This document shows positions 27,306-38,664 of a stretch of 64,000 nucleotides of DNA, in pieces. Each line of letters starts with the position of its first letter. The stretch's first letter is position 1. A program made the translations under genes and the position numbers. Below the pieces are notes generated by a model. The model was not told the origin of the DNA. It saw only the letters and a list, made by a program, of their open reading frames with translations, and searched no databases. Origin of the DNA: an uncultured Butyrivibrio sp. Its GTDB lineage: Bacteria; Bacillota; Clostridia; Lachnospirales; Lachnospiraceae. Location of the stretch: NCBI GenBank assembly GCA_964549585.1, contig CAZJWA010000009.1, positions 2,834-66,833 of the forward strand, given 5' to 3'.

Positions 27306-28267
27306 AACAGTCTTTCTTCTCCGTTATGCTTTGCAATCTGATTGGCTGCTACTATCAGTATGATACTTACAAGGCTCTTGAAAATGCCTGCTGCCGTTCC
27401 GATTGCGTAGTCGCTCTGACTGATTCCCCATTTAAGAACATATATGTCGATCGTCTGTGAAACGCTCTGAACAAGTCCGTTTCCAAGAAGATACTGAATT
27501 TCAAAACCTGCATTAAGTACATTTCCAACATTCATTAGGAGCAGGATAATTATTGTCGATTTAATTCCGGGAAGTGTAACATATTTAATCTTGCCCCATC
27601 TTCCGGCGCCGTCTATTGATGCTGCCTCATACAGTGAAGTATCTATTGATGTAATTGCCGCAAGATAAATAATCGCATTCCATCCGGTTTCCTTCCATAC
27701 ATTTGCAAAAGCAACGATTGGCCAGAAATAACCCGGGTGAGCAAAGAAATTTATTGCCTGATCAATAATTCCAAACTTAAGTAATAGCTCATTCACTATT
27801 CCAGAACCAGATAGTGCATCATGTAGAATTCCGGTTACAATGATCCACGAAAGGAAATGCGGAAGATAAGAAATCGTCTGAACTGTTTTCTTACCACCCT
27901 TTGATGTAATCTCATTTAAGAGAATTGCAAATAATATAGCCATAAAAAAAGTTGCAACTAGATTTATTACACCCATTGCCAGTGTATTTCTAATAACTCT
28001 GATAAAAGAAACATCAGAAAAAAGCATTTTGAACTTATCTAGTCCAATAAATGCCGAATGAAACATTCCATTCTTTGGCTTATAATCTTGAAATGCTATT
28101 GCCCATCCTGCAAGTGGGAGGTAATAAAATATTATTCCGTAAACAACAATTACTGCTGACCAGATAAGAAGAACTCTCTGTCTTTTCATTTCAGCCAAGG
28201 AAATCTTTACTCTTCTATTTTCATCTGCCGCTTTATTCTTCTTAATTAATGTCATATTTAGCTCCAT
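27302..28267 (-). CDS. carbohydrate ABC transporter permease (LplB/YteP-like)
   Basis: It is polytopic, with EAASIDGAGRWGKIKYVTLP as the EAA motif. Confidence 0.85.
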   Translation of the reverse strand: MELNMTLIKKNKAADENRRVKISLAEMKRQRVLLIWSAVIVVYGIIFYYLPLAGWAIAFQDYKPKNGMFHSAFIGLDKFKMLFSDVSFIRVIRNTLAMGVINLVATFFMAILFAILLNEITSKGGKKTVQTISYLPHFLSWIIVTGILHDALSGSGIVNELLLKFGIIDQAINFFAHPGYFWPIVAFANVWKETGWNAIIYLAAITSIDTSLYEAASIDGAGRWGKIKYVTLPGIKSTIIILLLMNVGNVLNAGFEIQYLLGNGLVQSVSQTIDIYVLKWGISQSDYAIGTAAGIFKSLVSIILIVAANQIAKHNGEERLF

Positions 28268-28277
28268 ATTTTTGGGT

Positions 28278-28321
28278 AAAAAACAGGCAGATGTACATAT
28301 ACATCCGATACACCTGCCTGT
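28278..28321 (-). terminator. hairpin plus U-run after the solute-binding protein gene
   Basis: ACAGGCAG (28283-28290) / CTGCCTGT (28314-28321), followed on the minus strand by U6. Confidence 0.6.
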
Positions 28322-28347
28322 CTCTTATTGATATTTATTAAATCTTT

Positions 28348-30039
28348 TTATTTATATTTTGCAGCTTCTGTCATTCTTCTTTCAAGCTCTGTCTGCATTG
28401 CAGAAATAAACTCTTCAGGTTTGCATGTCTCATACTGAGTCATGTAATCACTCCAGGCACTATCAAAATCCGATGCCATAACTACTTTAGGAAGATACTC
28501 ATGCTTCATTTCTCCCATAAGTGTCCATGCTTTTCCTGCCTCTGTACTTGTTGTAAGAGTGCTTGAATATGTGTACATTGGATACCAGTCACCTGGCTTT
28601 TCATTTGTGCCAAGCATATCTACATATGTCTTTGCGCCATAAGCGTCAAAGCATTCCTTAACATCATCAGATAATCCATCATAAAACTCTGTAGGCTGAG
28701 CATCAGACTTCATAGCATTTATTCCATCTATGCTTGTTCCGCCCCATTGTGGGAAATAAGAATATGTGCAAAGATGTGATGCCTTATATGCAGTATCCTG
28801 GCAGTTAGTTCTCATCTCAGCAGTTCTTCCAAATACTCCATCATCTCCAACGTTATAGTCTGTTCCTTCAATTCCCCAGAATCTAAGATCATGAATATCC
28901 TGATCAAGAAGGTCATTAATAAATTTCATGGCAGCATCCGGATCATCGCAGTCCTTTGTGATTCCAAGACCACTTGATACATTAAGTACTCCGCCTGCAT
29001 TGTGCCACTGGTTATGTACGTCTTCACTAATAGTAATTGGAAGGGGAACATAATCGCATCCCTGAGCACTAAGACCAGCAGACTTTATTGCATCACCTGC
29101 TGTATATGCAAAATCCCACCACTGATCAATCATTCCAAGAACACGTCCTGATGAAATCTTTGAAATATATTCATCATATGTCTGTGTAAATGATTCAGAA
29201 TCAACAATCTTCTTGTTATATTCTTCATTAAGCTTCTTAAAATATGCCTTGGCAGTATCTGTTGTATTGTAATCAATAACTGTCATAGTATCCGGATCAA
29301 CAATAACTGATCCATCATTTGGATATCCATCAAGGAATTCAGGAGCATTCTCAAGACAGAAATAACGCCAGTCATCGCAAAGAATAGTGTAAGGAATATT
29401 CTCTGTTCCATCTTCCATTGTTGGATTAGCTTCATTATATGACTCAATAAGATCAAAATACTGATCCATTGTCTTTACTTCTGGATAGCCTGCCCACTTA
29501 AGTACTCTTGTCTGAATCCAGAATGCCTCATCATTATGAGTACATTCCTTCTCTTCGCCGTATATATTTCCAAACTGAGGAATCCAATAAATATGTCCAT
29601 CGTCCTGTCTAAGCTGATCCCATTCCTGATCAGTAAAGAACTCTTTGATGTTTGGATACTTATCGATATAATCATCAAGAGCTACAAGTGCTCCTGCTTC
29701 ATATAGCTGAATGTTTGAAGAACCTCCCTCGATAAAATCAGGATATTCATCTCCTGCTATCATTGTTCCGATAGCTTCTTCCTGCGTCTGACCTGTGAGC
29801 CATGTCTCTTTTACCTTGCAGCCCGTCTTTTCAGCTATAAGCTCCTGAATCTCATTATCATCATTGATTTCAGAGCCAGGTACAGCAAAAAATCCCGTAA
29901 ACTCCTTCACTTCTGCTGAATCACTAGCACTGTCTGTAGATGCACTTCCTGATGATGCTGCGCTGCTTCCACAGCCTGCTGCCATTGACATAAGCAGTGT
30001 TGTAGTAAGTATTAGACTTACCACCTTTTTCTTCTTCAT
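28348..30039 (-). CDS. extracellular solute-binding lipoprotein (LplA-like, oligosaccharide)
   Basis: It has a lipobox (MAAGCGSS), a Ser/Ala-rich linker and the large family-1 SBP size. The track start is 30078. MKKKKVVSL at 30039 is the likely start. Confidence 0.8.
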   Translation of the reverse strand: MKKKKVVSLILTTTLLMSMAAGCGSSAASSGSASTDSASDSAEVKEFTGFFAVPGSEINDDNEIQELIAEKTGCKVKETWLTGQTQEEAIGTMIAGDEYPDFIEGGSSNIQLYEAGALVALDDYIDKYPNIKEFFTDQEWDQLRQDDGHIYWIPQFGNIYGEEKECTHNDEAFWIQTRVLKWAGYPEVKTMDQYFDLIESYNEANPTMEDGTENIPYTILCDDWRYFCLENAPEFLDGYPNDGSVIVDPDTMTVIDYNTTDTAKAYFKKLNEEYNKKIVDSESFTQTYDEYISKISSGRVLGMIDQWWDFAYTAGDAIKSAGLSAQGCDYVPLPITISEDVHNQWHNAGGVLNVSSGLGITKDCDDPDAAMKFINDLLDQDIHDLRFWGIEGTDYNVGDDGVFGRTAEMRTNCQDTAYKASHLCTYSYFPQWGGTSIDGINAMKSDAQPTEFYDGLSDDVKECFDAYGAKTYVDMLGTNEKPGDWYPMYTYSSTLTTSTEAGKAWTLMGEMKHEYLPKVVMASDFDSAWSDYMTQYETCKPEEFISAMQTELERRMTEAAKYK

Positions 30040-30188
30040 GCCTTTTCCTCCCTTTTTCCCATAAGTTTGTTCATACATTCAAATCCCATATGAACGTATG
30101 TAGGTTATAAGTAATATTCTAATCCGGAAGGAATTAAGAACAATCGGACGAATTATTAATAAAACCCGATAAATTATTACTATCTGAA

Positions 30189-31802
30189 TTAACTTATCCG
30201 TCTTCTATACTTTGCAGGGGTACATCCCTTTATGGAAATAAATCTATTTACAAAATAATCCGCATCATGGTAGCCAACGCCCTCAGCAATTTCATAAATC
30301 TTACTGTCAGTATTAACAAGCATAAGCGCAGCCTGTTCTATCCTATAGTTATTTAAATAATCCTTAAACGAGGCTCCATATTTTTTCCTAAAAAGCTGCC
30401 CCAGGTATGCACTGTTAATGAAATATTTCTCTCCAAGACTTCTAAGAGTAATATTATCAGCATAATTTTCACGAATTTCATTTTCAATATCGCCAAGAAC
30501 GCCTTTAGATATTTTCCGGCGCAGCTGTGAAATGTATTGTGTGTATTCACATATAAACTTTTCAAAATGAACCCTACTGCCTCTCTTTATCCCCTCTTCA
30601 AAAGTACTCTCGCTAATTACTCTGATGATTTCCTCCTGATTTACTTCATCGTCAAGCTTAGAAGCCAAGTGAATAAGGCTAAAAAGCAGATAGTTTGTAT
30701 TCAAATTAAGAGTTTTCCCAGTAATGTTCTTTTCATTCATTTCATCAAAAAGAGCTCTGACACTCTTTTTGACAGAGAAAATATCATTTTGCTCAACCGA
30801 AAGAAGTATTGCATCCAGTGCGTCCTTACATAAAACGACTCCGCCTGTATATGGAGAAATTTGATCCTCGTCTTCATAAAAATAAATATCACTTCCGTTT
30901 TTGAATCCATGAAAAGACCTAAGCATGCAGGAAGTTCCATATGAAATTGCTATGGAAGAAATATCTTTTACTTCTCTTCCAACTATCATTTCAACAAATA
31001 TGCCCATTTCTTTATTGATATATTCAGAAAAAGATTTTAAGTATTCTTTCAGAGTCTGACCCGCGTTCTTAGCCATATAATCACAGTAAATAAATCCAAT
31101 ATCATAAAGCTTTTCATGACCAGATACATCGAAAATGCAGTGACCTGCATCTTCTCCTAGAAAATCACAGCATGAATGAAAGAGTTTTTTCTGAATAGCC
31201 CTTCTCTCAATATCCTCATCCTTTACGCTATCCTTTTGCTCAATCTCATCAAAAACCTGATATTTTATATCAATATCCACATACCTTATGCCTTCTGAAA
31301 GCTTTAGGTGTTCCTTCACATAATCTGTTTCTCTGCTGTCAGATTTACCTCCAATTAGTGAAATTAAGTTTCTTGCAAGGAAAGCTCTCTCCATGTCTTT
31401 AGACTTTGCCTGGGCTTTCTTTGCATTATCGCTCTGCAAATAAACCTTCTGAAGAACTTCACTAAGCTCGTCCCTATCAACAGGCTTAAGCAAATAATCC
31501 GTACATCTATATCTAATTGCTGCCTGAGCAAAAGAAAAATCGGAATACCCACTAAGGATTACAAAATATGCATTTGATATTTTGTAATTTCGAATTCTTT
31601 CAAGAAGCTCAAGACCTGTCATTTCAGGCATCTTTATATCAGCAATAATTAGATCGACTTCATTCTCTCTTAGATAATCAAGAGCTTTTCTTCCATCAGG
31701 AAATACAGCAGCAATCTCAAAGCCCTCTTTTTCCCAATCAATGAGAATTTTAAGTCCTTGCAAAATAAACGGTTCATCATCAACTAGTAATACCTTTAAC
31801 AT
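30189..31802 (-). CDS. response regulator with AraC-type HTH output (YesN-like)
   Basis: The N-terminal receiver has MLKVLLVDDEP...DLIIADIKMPEMTG. The C-terminal AraC HTH has ...GYHDADYFVNRFISIKGCTPAKYR. Confidence 0.88.
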   Translation of the reverse strand: MLKVLLVDDEPFILQGLKILIDWEKEGFEIAAVFPDGRKALDYLRENEVDLIIADIKMPEMTGLELLERIRNYKISNAYFVILSGYSDFSFAQAAIRYRCTDYLLKPVDRDELSEVLQKVYLQSDNAKKAQAKSKDMERAFLARNLISLIGGKSDSRETDYVKEHLKLSEGIRYVDIDIKYQVFDEIEQKDSVKDEDIERRAIQKKLFHSCCDFLGEDAGHCIFDVSGHEKLYDIGFIYCDYMAKNAGQTLKEYLKSFSEYINKEMGIFVEMIVGREVKDISSIAISYGTSCMLRSFHGFKNGSDIYFYEDEDQISPYTGGVVLCKDALDAILLSVEQNDIFSVKKSVRALFDEMNEKNITGKTLNLNTNYLLFSLIHLASKLDDEVNQEEIIRVISESTFEEGIKRGSRVHFEKFICEYTQYISQLRRKISKGVLGDIENEIRENYADNITLRSLGEKYFINSAYLGQLFRKKYGASFKDYLNNYRIEQAALMLVNTDSKIYEIAEGVGYHDADYFVNRFISIKGCTPAKYRRRIS

Positions 31803-33625
31803 TTGCCGCCTCCTTTGTTACCTGTGCATAATAAATCATCTGACTTTCTCTCAATATGTTCGCAGAACTCAAATGGAATCCGTATCTGTACTGTCATTCC
31901 CGTTCCCTCTTCTGAATCAACTACAAATCTCACCCTGTTATCCGTAAAAATTCTTATTCTAAGACAAGCATTGATTATTCCGATTCTTTCACTCTTTTGT
32001 AAAAGTTCCATACTTGCATTATTCATCTTTTCTTCAAGCTTCTTTTTCTGAAACTCATCCATTCCAGAACCTGTATCTTCTATTTCAAGAACTACAAGCT
32101 CTTTCTCTCTCGAAATTCGTACAAATACCCATCCCGGTGTGGTTTTGCTTTCAATTCCATGAACACATGCATTCTCAACAAATGTTACAATGGACATCTT
32201 TGGGATAAAAAGATTTTCACATCCTTTTTCAATATCAACGAAATATGAAAGCCTCTCCCCAAATCTGTATTTCTGTAATTCCAGATATGCCGTAGTTAGT
32301 TTTATTTCATCTTCGATAGTAATTAGGTCTTTCGTCCAATCCGCATACTGCCTCTGCATAATAGCAAGCTTTTCAACCATACGTGCAGTCTCATCCTCTT
32401 TTCTTATAAGACTATGCATACGTACGCTTTCAAGAGCATTAAAAAGAAAATGCGGATTTATCTGTGAATGGAGCGCCATTAGCTCGGCGTTTTGCTTAGC
32501 TACAGTCATTTCCTGTTCCCTAAGCTTATTCTTATACTCATTTTCAATAAGGTCATTCATTCGAGCCGCCATCCTGTTATAGCTACGCATCATGTGCCCA
32601 ATTTCGTCTTTGCTCTCGTCATTATCCGCAATAATCAGCCTAGCCTCATCTATGTCATTAAATGTGTGACTAAGTTTCGTAATTCTCTTCGTGATTGACG
32701 AATTAAAGCTTGTTATCATAATGTAGGGAAGAATGATATTAACTATAAAAAGGATAAAGATTATCGGCAGATTATCTCCAAGTACTTTTCCAAATCCAAG
32801 TCCTTCTTTCATTACCATTACTTGTATCTGCTGCCCATATAGCTCGGTATTTAAGATATATCCGACTTTTGAAATGTCAGGAGAAGCAGCATAATCAGTC
32901 CCCACACTTGCATGCTTTCCATTAGAAAGGATAATCATTCCATCACAGCATATATAAATATCTCCTGAATAATTTGTGTTTTTAATATCTTTTAATACAC
33001 TGCTGTAATTTAGAGTTATTTTCAAAAGCTTCTCTGCATCAGATGTCATAAAAAGATCCAGCTTCTCCAAAAAATAGATTTTTCTCTCAGGCTGAACTCC
33101 AAGTTTTGATTTATCATAATCAAAATAAAGCAGAGAATTATCGGAAGTATTTCTAAGTGTGCTGTACCAGTCCTCTTCTCTCGCAGAGTCAGTTGTCTTG
33201 AACCATCCGCCGTTCACAATGGAATCATTATCTGTATACATAGTTACAGACAGCCCATTTATTGCTGTGCTTCCTTCAACAAGTGTATCTTTCATGAAGT
33301 CCTGCCTTTTTGATACAAAATCAAGCGGATCTTCAAACTCGAAGTTAAGAAAATTATCGATATATTTGCTAAGATATATGCTCTTTCCAAGCTGCGCTGC
33401 ATCCTCCACATTACTATAAAAGCTGTACTCGGCAGCATTTGCAGCATTCTCCATTACATGCATTCTTGAGGTATTCGCGTATTTATACATGGTAAAAAAG
33501 ATTATCGAATCAGTAAGAAGCAGGGGTATCAACACGCATAGCAAATAAAGTGCCAGAAATTTCTTTCTCACACTGAAGTCATTTATTCTTTTCTCAAAAA
33601 AAGGTTTCATTTTTTTATTTCCCAT
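31796..33625 (-). CDS. sensor histidine kinase (YesM-like; HAMP + His_kinase + HATPase_c)
   Basis: It has two TM segments flanking an extracellular domain, the H-box region LHSQINPHFLFNALES, and the ATPase region ...LEIEDTGSGMD. It overlaps the regulator gene by 7 nt. Confidence 0.88.
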   Translation of the reverse strand: MGNKKMKPFFEKRINDFSVRKKFLALYLLCVLIPLLLTDSIIFFTMYKYANTSRMHVMENAANAAEYSFYSNVEDAAQLGKSIYLSKYIDNFLNFEFEDPLDFVSKRQDFMKDTLVEGSTAINGLSVTMYTDNDSIVNGGWFKTTDSAREEDWYSTLRNTSDNSLLYFDYDKSKLGVQPERKIYFLEKLDLFMTSDAEKLLKITLNYSSVLKDIKNTNYSGDIYICCDGMIILSNGKHASVGTDYAASPDISKVGYILNTELYGQQIQVMVMKEGLGFGKVLGDNLPIIFILFIVNIILPYIMITSFNSSITKRITKLSHTFNDIDEARLIIADNDESKDEIGHMMRSYNRMAARMNDLIENEYKNKLREQEMTVAKQNAELMALHSQINPHFLFNALESVRMHSLIRKEDETARMVEKLAIMQRQYADWTKDLITIEDEIKLTTAYLELQKYRFGERLSYFVDIEKGCENLFIPKMSIVTFVENACVHGIESKTTPGWVFVRISREKELVVLEIEDTGSGMDEFQKKKLEEKMNNASMELLQKSERIGIINACLRIRIFTDNRVRFVVDSEEGTGMTVQIRIPFEFCEHIERKSDDLLCTGNKGGGKC

Positions 33626-33919
33626 ATGCAGATAATATATGTAAAAATCTCTCTTTACCTAATCAAAGATTGCTCTCTTATGGTCATTTATTGCCGAAAT
33701 CAAAAAAGGTGTTTAAATTATCGGGTAATTATATATAATTATTTTGGTAGAAATAAAAGCAGAATTGTTTAAAATTATAATGTGTGTATTGAAATTTGTA
33801 TATATTTTTTAACTTGTACAGAAATATACGCTAAATGGGCTAATTCTACATAAATCGAGTTCGAGTATTAGTATCCAAACAAAGTAACACTTTCAAAAAA
33901 ATTGAAATGGAGAATATTT

Positions 33920-36724
33920 ATGCTAAGACATACGCAAACAGAAAACGGACACGTAAAGGGTCTTCCGGGAGCTGACCCAAGAATTACTGTCTATAAGGGA
34001 ATTCCCTTTGCAGCTCCACCTATCGGTTTCAATAGATTTCGCGCGCCTCAGCCCGCAAAGGACTGGGCTGGTGTCAAAAACGCCTTTGAATTTGGTCCTA
34101 TTCCCATGCAGGATACTCCTGGTCTTGGAGACGATCTGTACTGCCGGGAGTGGCATGTTGATTCGGAAATACCTATGAGTGAGGATTGCCTCTACTTAAA
34201 TATATGGACTCCTGCCAAAAAAGCTGATGAAGAGCTTCCTGTATTTGTATGGTTTTATGGCGGCGCATTTCAGTGGGGATATACTGCCGAAATGGAATTT
34301 GATGGTGAGCGCCTTGCAAGAAGAGGTGTAATAGTTGTTAGTGTTGCATATCGCCTTGGCGTATTTGGCTTTATGTCTCACCCTGAAATAACTAGTGAAA
34401 GCCCTGATGCTCCAGGAAACTTCGGTCTTCTCGATCAGCAAATGGGACTTAAATGGGTAAAGAGAAATATCGCCTCTTTTGGCGGAGATCCTGATAACAT
34501 AACTGTCGGCGGACAATCTGCGGGCGGTTCAAGTGTCATGTCTCAGATAACAAGTAAGTCAAACAGAAACTGCATTAACAAAGCCGTCATCATGAGCGGA
34601 ATAATTCGCCATCCACAAGAAAGCGCAGATTTATTCTGTCCTCCTTCTCTTAATACTGCTGAGAACCTGGGGCAGGACTTCTTCTCTTTCCTTGGGGTAA
34701 GCTCTCTTGACGAAGTAAGAGCTCTTGATGAAAAAGAGCTGAGAAATAAGTATTCTCTTTTTGCAGAAAATCATCCAAGGATGATTCCATTTTGTGATGG
34801 AAAATTTCTTACAGAGGATCCACTAAAGAAATTCATGGATAATAAATATCTTGATATTCCCCTTCTTGCAGGATGCACTAAGGATGAGTTTAGACTTGAT
34901 GGAATAAATATTGTAGAGAAGTCAGTTAAGGATGCATTTACCTCGAGCCAGAAAAATGGTAATTCAAACAATATGTACTTCTACCGTTTTGCTCCTGATA
35001 TTCCAGGCAAAGATGATCCGGGAAGCTTCCACTCTTCTGATCTATGGTTCTTCTTTGAAACACTTGCAAAGTGCTCAAGAAAGTTTTCAGGAGCTCATTA
35101 TGAGCTTGCCAGTCAGATGTGCGACTATCTAGCAGAGTTTATTAAGACAGGAAATCCGAACAGTTCATCCCTTACACAGGAGCCTCTTCTTCCTACATGG
35201 GAGCCATATACTGCAAGTTCAAAAAGCGAAATGGAGTTTACTCCTATGGGTGCTTTAGCGAAAGCTGAGTTTTCAGATGCCGGAGAAAACTTCGTTACTG
35301 CATCAGAAAATCTTGATACGCAGGGACTAAATCCATATCTTCCTTCATGGGAATATGTTCCTGATTCTGAGCCATATGTATTTGGTGATAGAGTCTATAT
35401 TTACGGCTCGCACGATATTTTTAATTCAAAAACCTTCTGCATGGGAGATTACGTATGCTGGTCTGCTCCGGTAAATAATCTTTCTCACTGGAGATATGAA
35501 GGAATAATTTATCATAAGACTCAGGATCCACTTAATCCTGATAGTGAAATGTGCCTCTACGCTCCTGATGTTACTGTTGGACCAGATGGCAGGTATTATC
35601 TATATTACGTTCTTGATCATGCCTGCATTGTTTCAGTTGCCGTATGCGATACTCCTGCAGGTGCTTACGAATTTTATGGCTATGTTCATGACAAAAACGG
35701 CGTTCGTCTTGGAGAGCGAAAAGGTGATGAACCGCAGTTTGACCCGGGCGTACTTACTGAAGGTGATGAAACATTTCTTTATACAGGCTTTGCCGGAAAT
35801 AATGACACTACAAGAACAGGCTCAATGCTTACTGTCCTTGAAAAAGATATGCTTACTATAAATGAAGATATTACATTTGTCGCTCCCGGAGATACTAAAA
35901 GTAAGGGAACAGGCTTTGAAGGCCACGAATTCTTTGAAGCATCTTCTATTAGAAAAAGAAATAATAAATACTATTTTGTATATTCATCAGCCGTTATGCA
36001 TGAGCTTTGCTATGCTACCTCCGATGATCCAAGAGGCCCGTTTACTTATGGAGGCGTCATAATAAGTAACTGCGATATTGGTATTGATTCATACAAGGAA
36101 TCTAATGTTTCTTTTGCCTATGGCGGAAATAATCATGGAAGTATCATTCAGATTGGTGATAAATGGTACGTATTCTACCACCGTCAGACAAATGATTCCT
36201 GGTTCTCAAGACAGGGCTGCATTGAAGAAATTAAATTTAGAGAAGACGGAAGCATTATCCAGTCAGAGATGACATCCTGCGGACCAAATAATGGTCCACT
36301 TACTGATATTGGCGAATATCCAACCTATCTTGCATGCAATCTCTATACCGATGAGCATGTTATGATGGCATCCTTTAATTCCAGGATAATTGCGCCTTAC
36401 GTAACTCAGGATGGCAAAGATGGAGATCACGAAACAGGCTATATTACAGAACTTACCGATACTGCAACAATGGGATTTAAATATTTTGATTGTAAGAATG
36501 TTAAAGGAATTGAATTACAGACAAAAGGCTACGCTTATGGCGTCTTTGAAGTTCGCACTTCCCCAAATGGCGAAATATTAGGGCAGGTAAGCGTCGATGC
36601 TTCTAATCTGTGGAAGAAATTCTCCTCCAGATTTGAAATAAGTGACGGAATACATGCCCTGTATCTCACATATCGTGGAAATGGTCATTGTAATTGTAAA
36701 TCATTTAAGTTCATTCATAACTGA
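33920..36724 (+). CDS. fusion protein: type-B carboxylesterase domain + GH43 glycosidase domain with a C-terminal beta-sandwich region
   Basis: The N-terminal ~480 aa carry [30 protein letters not shown] and [16 protein letters not shown] (nucleophile elbow GQSAG). From about residue 480, [29 protein letters not shown] and later [18 protein letters not shown] are GH43-like. GGAG precedes the ATG at 33920. The track start is TTG 33902. Confidence 0.75.
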   Translation: MLRHTQTENGHVKGLPGADPRITVYKGIPFAAPPIGFNRFRAPQPAKDWAGVKNAFEFGPIPMQDTPGLGDDLYCREWHVDSEIPMSEDCLYLNIWTPAKKADEELPVFVWFYGGAFQWGYTAEMEFDGERLARRGVIVVSVAYRLGVFGFMSHPEITSESPDAPGNFGLLDQQMGLKWVKRNIASFGGDPDNITVGGQSAGGSSVMSQITSKSNRNCINKAVIMSGIIRHPQESADLFCPPSLNTAENLGQDFFSFLGVSSLDEVRALDEKELRNKYSLFAENHPRMIPFCDGKFLTEDPLKKFMDNKYLDIPLLAGCTKDEFRLDGINIVEKSVKDAFTSSQKNGNSNNMYFYRFAPDIPGKDDPGSFHSSDLWFFFETLAKCSRKFSGAHYELASQMCDYLAEFIKTGNPNSSSLTQEPLLPTWEPYTASSKSEMEFTPMGALAKAEFSDAGENFVTASENLDTQGLNPYLPSWEYVPDSEPYVFGDRVYIYGSHDIFNSKTFCMGDYVCWSAPVNNLSHWRYEGIIYHKTQDPLNPDSEMCLYAPDVTVGPDGRYYLYYVLDHACIVSVAVCDTPAGAYEFYGYVHDKNGVRLGERKGDEPQFDPGVLTEGDETFLYTGFAGNNDTTRTGSMLTVLEKDMLTINEDITFVAPGDTKSKGTGFEGHEFFEASSIRKRNNKYYFVYSSAVMHELCYATSDDPRGPFTYGGVIISNCDIGIDSYKESNVSFAYGGNNHGSIIQIGDKWYVFYHRQTNDSWFSRQGCIEEIKFREDGSIIQSEMTSCGPNNGPLTDIGEYPTYLACNLYTDEHVMMASFNSRIIAPYVTQDGKDGDHETGYITELTDTATMGFKYFDCKNVKGIELQTKGYAYGVFEVRTSPNGEILGQVSVDASNLWKKFSSRFEISDGIHALYLTYRGNGHCNCKSFKFIHN

Positions 36725-37894
36725 GTAGCCGATAGTTCCATCCGGCATCTTAACATTAAAGTTATCTGCAATAGTTGCTCCGATAACTGCAAATGTATCA
36801 GTTTCAGGAAGCAGACCATTTCCGGAAAGAGAAGGTGAATATGCTATAAAAGGCACCTTCTCTCTGGTATGGTCAGTTCCCGTATATGTCGGATCATTTC
36901 CATGATCTGCTGTAATAATAAGAAGATCATCATTTCTAAGAAGTGGTAACAGTTCACCAAGCTTAACATCAAATTTCTCAATTTCTGCAGCATATCCTTC
37001 CGGATTTCTTCTGTGTCCCCAAAGTGCATCAAAATCAACTAGGTTAACAAAGCAAAGGCCATTAAAATCTCTCTTTGCAATCTCAATTGTCTGCTCCATT
37101 CCTTGAACACTGCTCTTCGAACGATTACTTTCGGTAATTCCTTCACCCACAAAAATATCATTTATCTTTCCTACCGATATAACATCAAGACCTGCATCCT
37201 TAAGAGAATTTAGCGCCGTAAGTCCGGTTGGCTTAAGCGCATAATCATGACGATTACTTGTTCTTACAAATTCGCCCTTTTTCTTACCAACATAAGGTCT
37301 TGCAATAACACGTCCTAATCTCCATTCGTCTTTAAGTGTAAGCTCTCTGGCAATTTCACAGTAATGATAGAGATTATCAAGTCCCATAGTTTCTTCATTT
37401 CCGCAAATTTGAAGAACAGAGTCCGCTGAAGTATAAACAATCATTGCTCCGGTATTTATCTCTTCTTCTCCAAGTTCATCAAGAATCTCTGTTCCGCTTG
37501 CTGCTTTATTTCCAATGATTCTCCTGCCACATCTTTGTGAAAGTTCATCTAGAAGTTCTTTAGGAAATCCGTGGTCTGTAAAGGTAATAAAAGGCTTCTT
37601 GGTTTCAAGACCCATCATTTCCCAGTGTCCTGTCATAGTATCCTTGCCGTTACTCTTCTCATTCATAGCAAAGTAATATCCAAGAGAATTATCTATTGGT
37701 GGAACCTGCTTTAAAGGCTTAAGATTAGCAATTCCAAGCTTTTGGAAATTGGGAATATTAAATGATGAAACACTCTCCGAAATATGTCCAAGCGTATCAA
37801 CTCCAATGTCTCCGAATTTTCCCGAATCAGCCATAGCACCAATTCCCATTGAATCTATAACAATAGTAAATATTCTTTTAAATCTTTCTGACAT
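36701..37894 (-). CDS. deoB: phosphopentomutase
   Basis: [16 protein letters not shown]..., ...GHWEMMG... and DHGNDPT are DeoB motifs. The track start is 37939. MSERFKR at 37894 is the likely start. Confidence 0.92.
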   Translation of the reverse strand: MSERFKRIFTIVIDSMGIGAMADSGKFGDIGVDTLGHISESVSSFNIPNFQKLGIANLKPLKQVPPIDNSLGYYFAMNEKSNGKDTMTGHWEMMGLETKKPFITFTDHGFPKELLDELSQRCGRRIIGNKAASGTEILDELGEEEINTGAMIVYTSADSVLQICGNEETMGLDNLYHYCEIARELTLKDEWRLGRVIARPYVGKKKGEFVRTSNRHDYALKPTGLTALNSLKDAGLDVISVGKINDIFVGEGITESNRSKSSVQGMEQTIEIAKRDFNGLCFVNLVDFDALWGHRRNPEGYAAEIEKFDVKLGELLPLLRNDDLLIITADHGNDPTYTGTDHTREKVPFIAYSPSLSGNGLLPETDTFAVIGATIADNFNVKMPDGTIGYSVMNELK

Positions 37895-37962
37895 ATCTTC
37901 TCCTTTATCAGAAGAGCCGGCTGAAAACAGCCGGCTCAATATATAATACCTATGTGATTATT

Positions 37963-38622
37963 TTACAGCAGTCCTTCTGCCTTTACAATCTTGACTATTC
38001 TGCTTGTTCCAAGACGAGATGCCCCAAGCTCCATAAATTTCTCTGCATCGGCTATACTTGATATTCCGCCTGCTGCTTTTATCTTAACGCCAGGGCCCAC
38101 ATGCTCAGCAAAGAGTTTAACATCATCAAAGGTTGCTCCCGAAGTTGAAAAGCCTGTTGAAGTCTTAATAAAATCAGCGCCCGACTTAGTAACTATTTCG
38201 CACATCTTTATCTTCTCATCATCTGTTAAAAGACATGTTTCAATTATTACCTTAAGAATATGTCCTTCGCAGGCATTTCTTATCTCTTTTATCTCATTAA
38301 GAACATAATCGTACTCGCCGGCCTTAAGCATTCCTACGTTGATTACCATATCTATTTCATCAGCACCATTATCAACAGCATCCTTAGTTTCAAATACCTT
38401 TGAAGCAGTAGTATGATTTCCGTTTGGAAAGCCTATTACTGTACAGACTTTAATTGTCCCAGCCATGTAATCATGAGCCTTCTTGACAAAGCAAGGTGGA
38501 ATGCAGACAGATGCAGTATGATACTTCATGGCATCATCGCAAATTGCCTTTATTTCTTCCCATGTACTCGTCTGAAGAAGGAGTGTATGATCACAGATTG
38601 CAAGTATATCTTTTATATCCAT
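37963..38622 (-). CDS. deoC: deoxyribose-phosphate aldolase
   Basis: The 219-aa ORF has DHTLL, VCIPP, ...IDMVIN... and ..FIKTSTGF (Schiff-base Lys region). Confidence 0.92.
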   Translation of the reverse strand: MDIKDILAICDHTLLLQTSTWEEIKAICDDAMKYHTASVCIPPCFVKKAHDYMAGTIKVCTVIGFPNGNHTTASKVFETKDAVDNGADEIDMVINVGMLKAGEYDYVLNEIKEIRNACEGHILKVIIETCLLTDDEKIKMCEIVTKSGADFIKTSTGFSTSGATFDDVKLFAEHVGPGVKIKAAGGISSIADAEKFMELGASRLGTSRIVKIVKAEGLL

Positions 38623-38664
38623 AGCAAATCCTTTCCCAAAATCCCATTTGGCAAAAAATAATCA

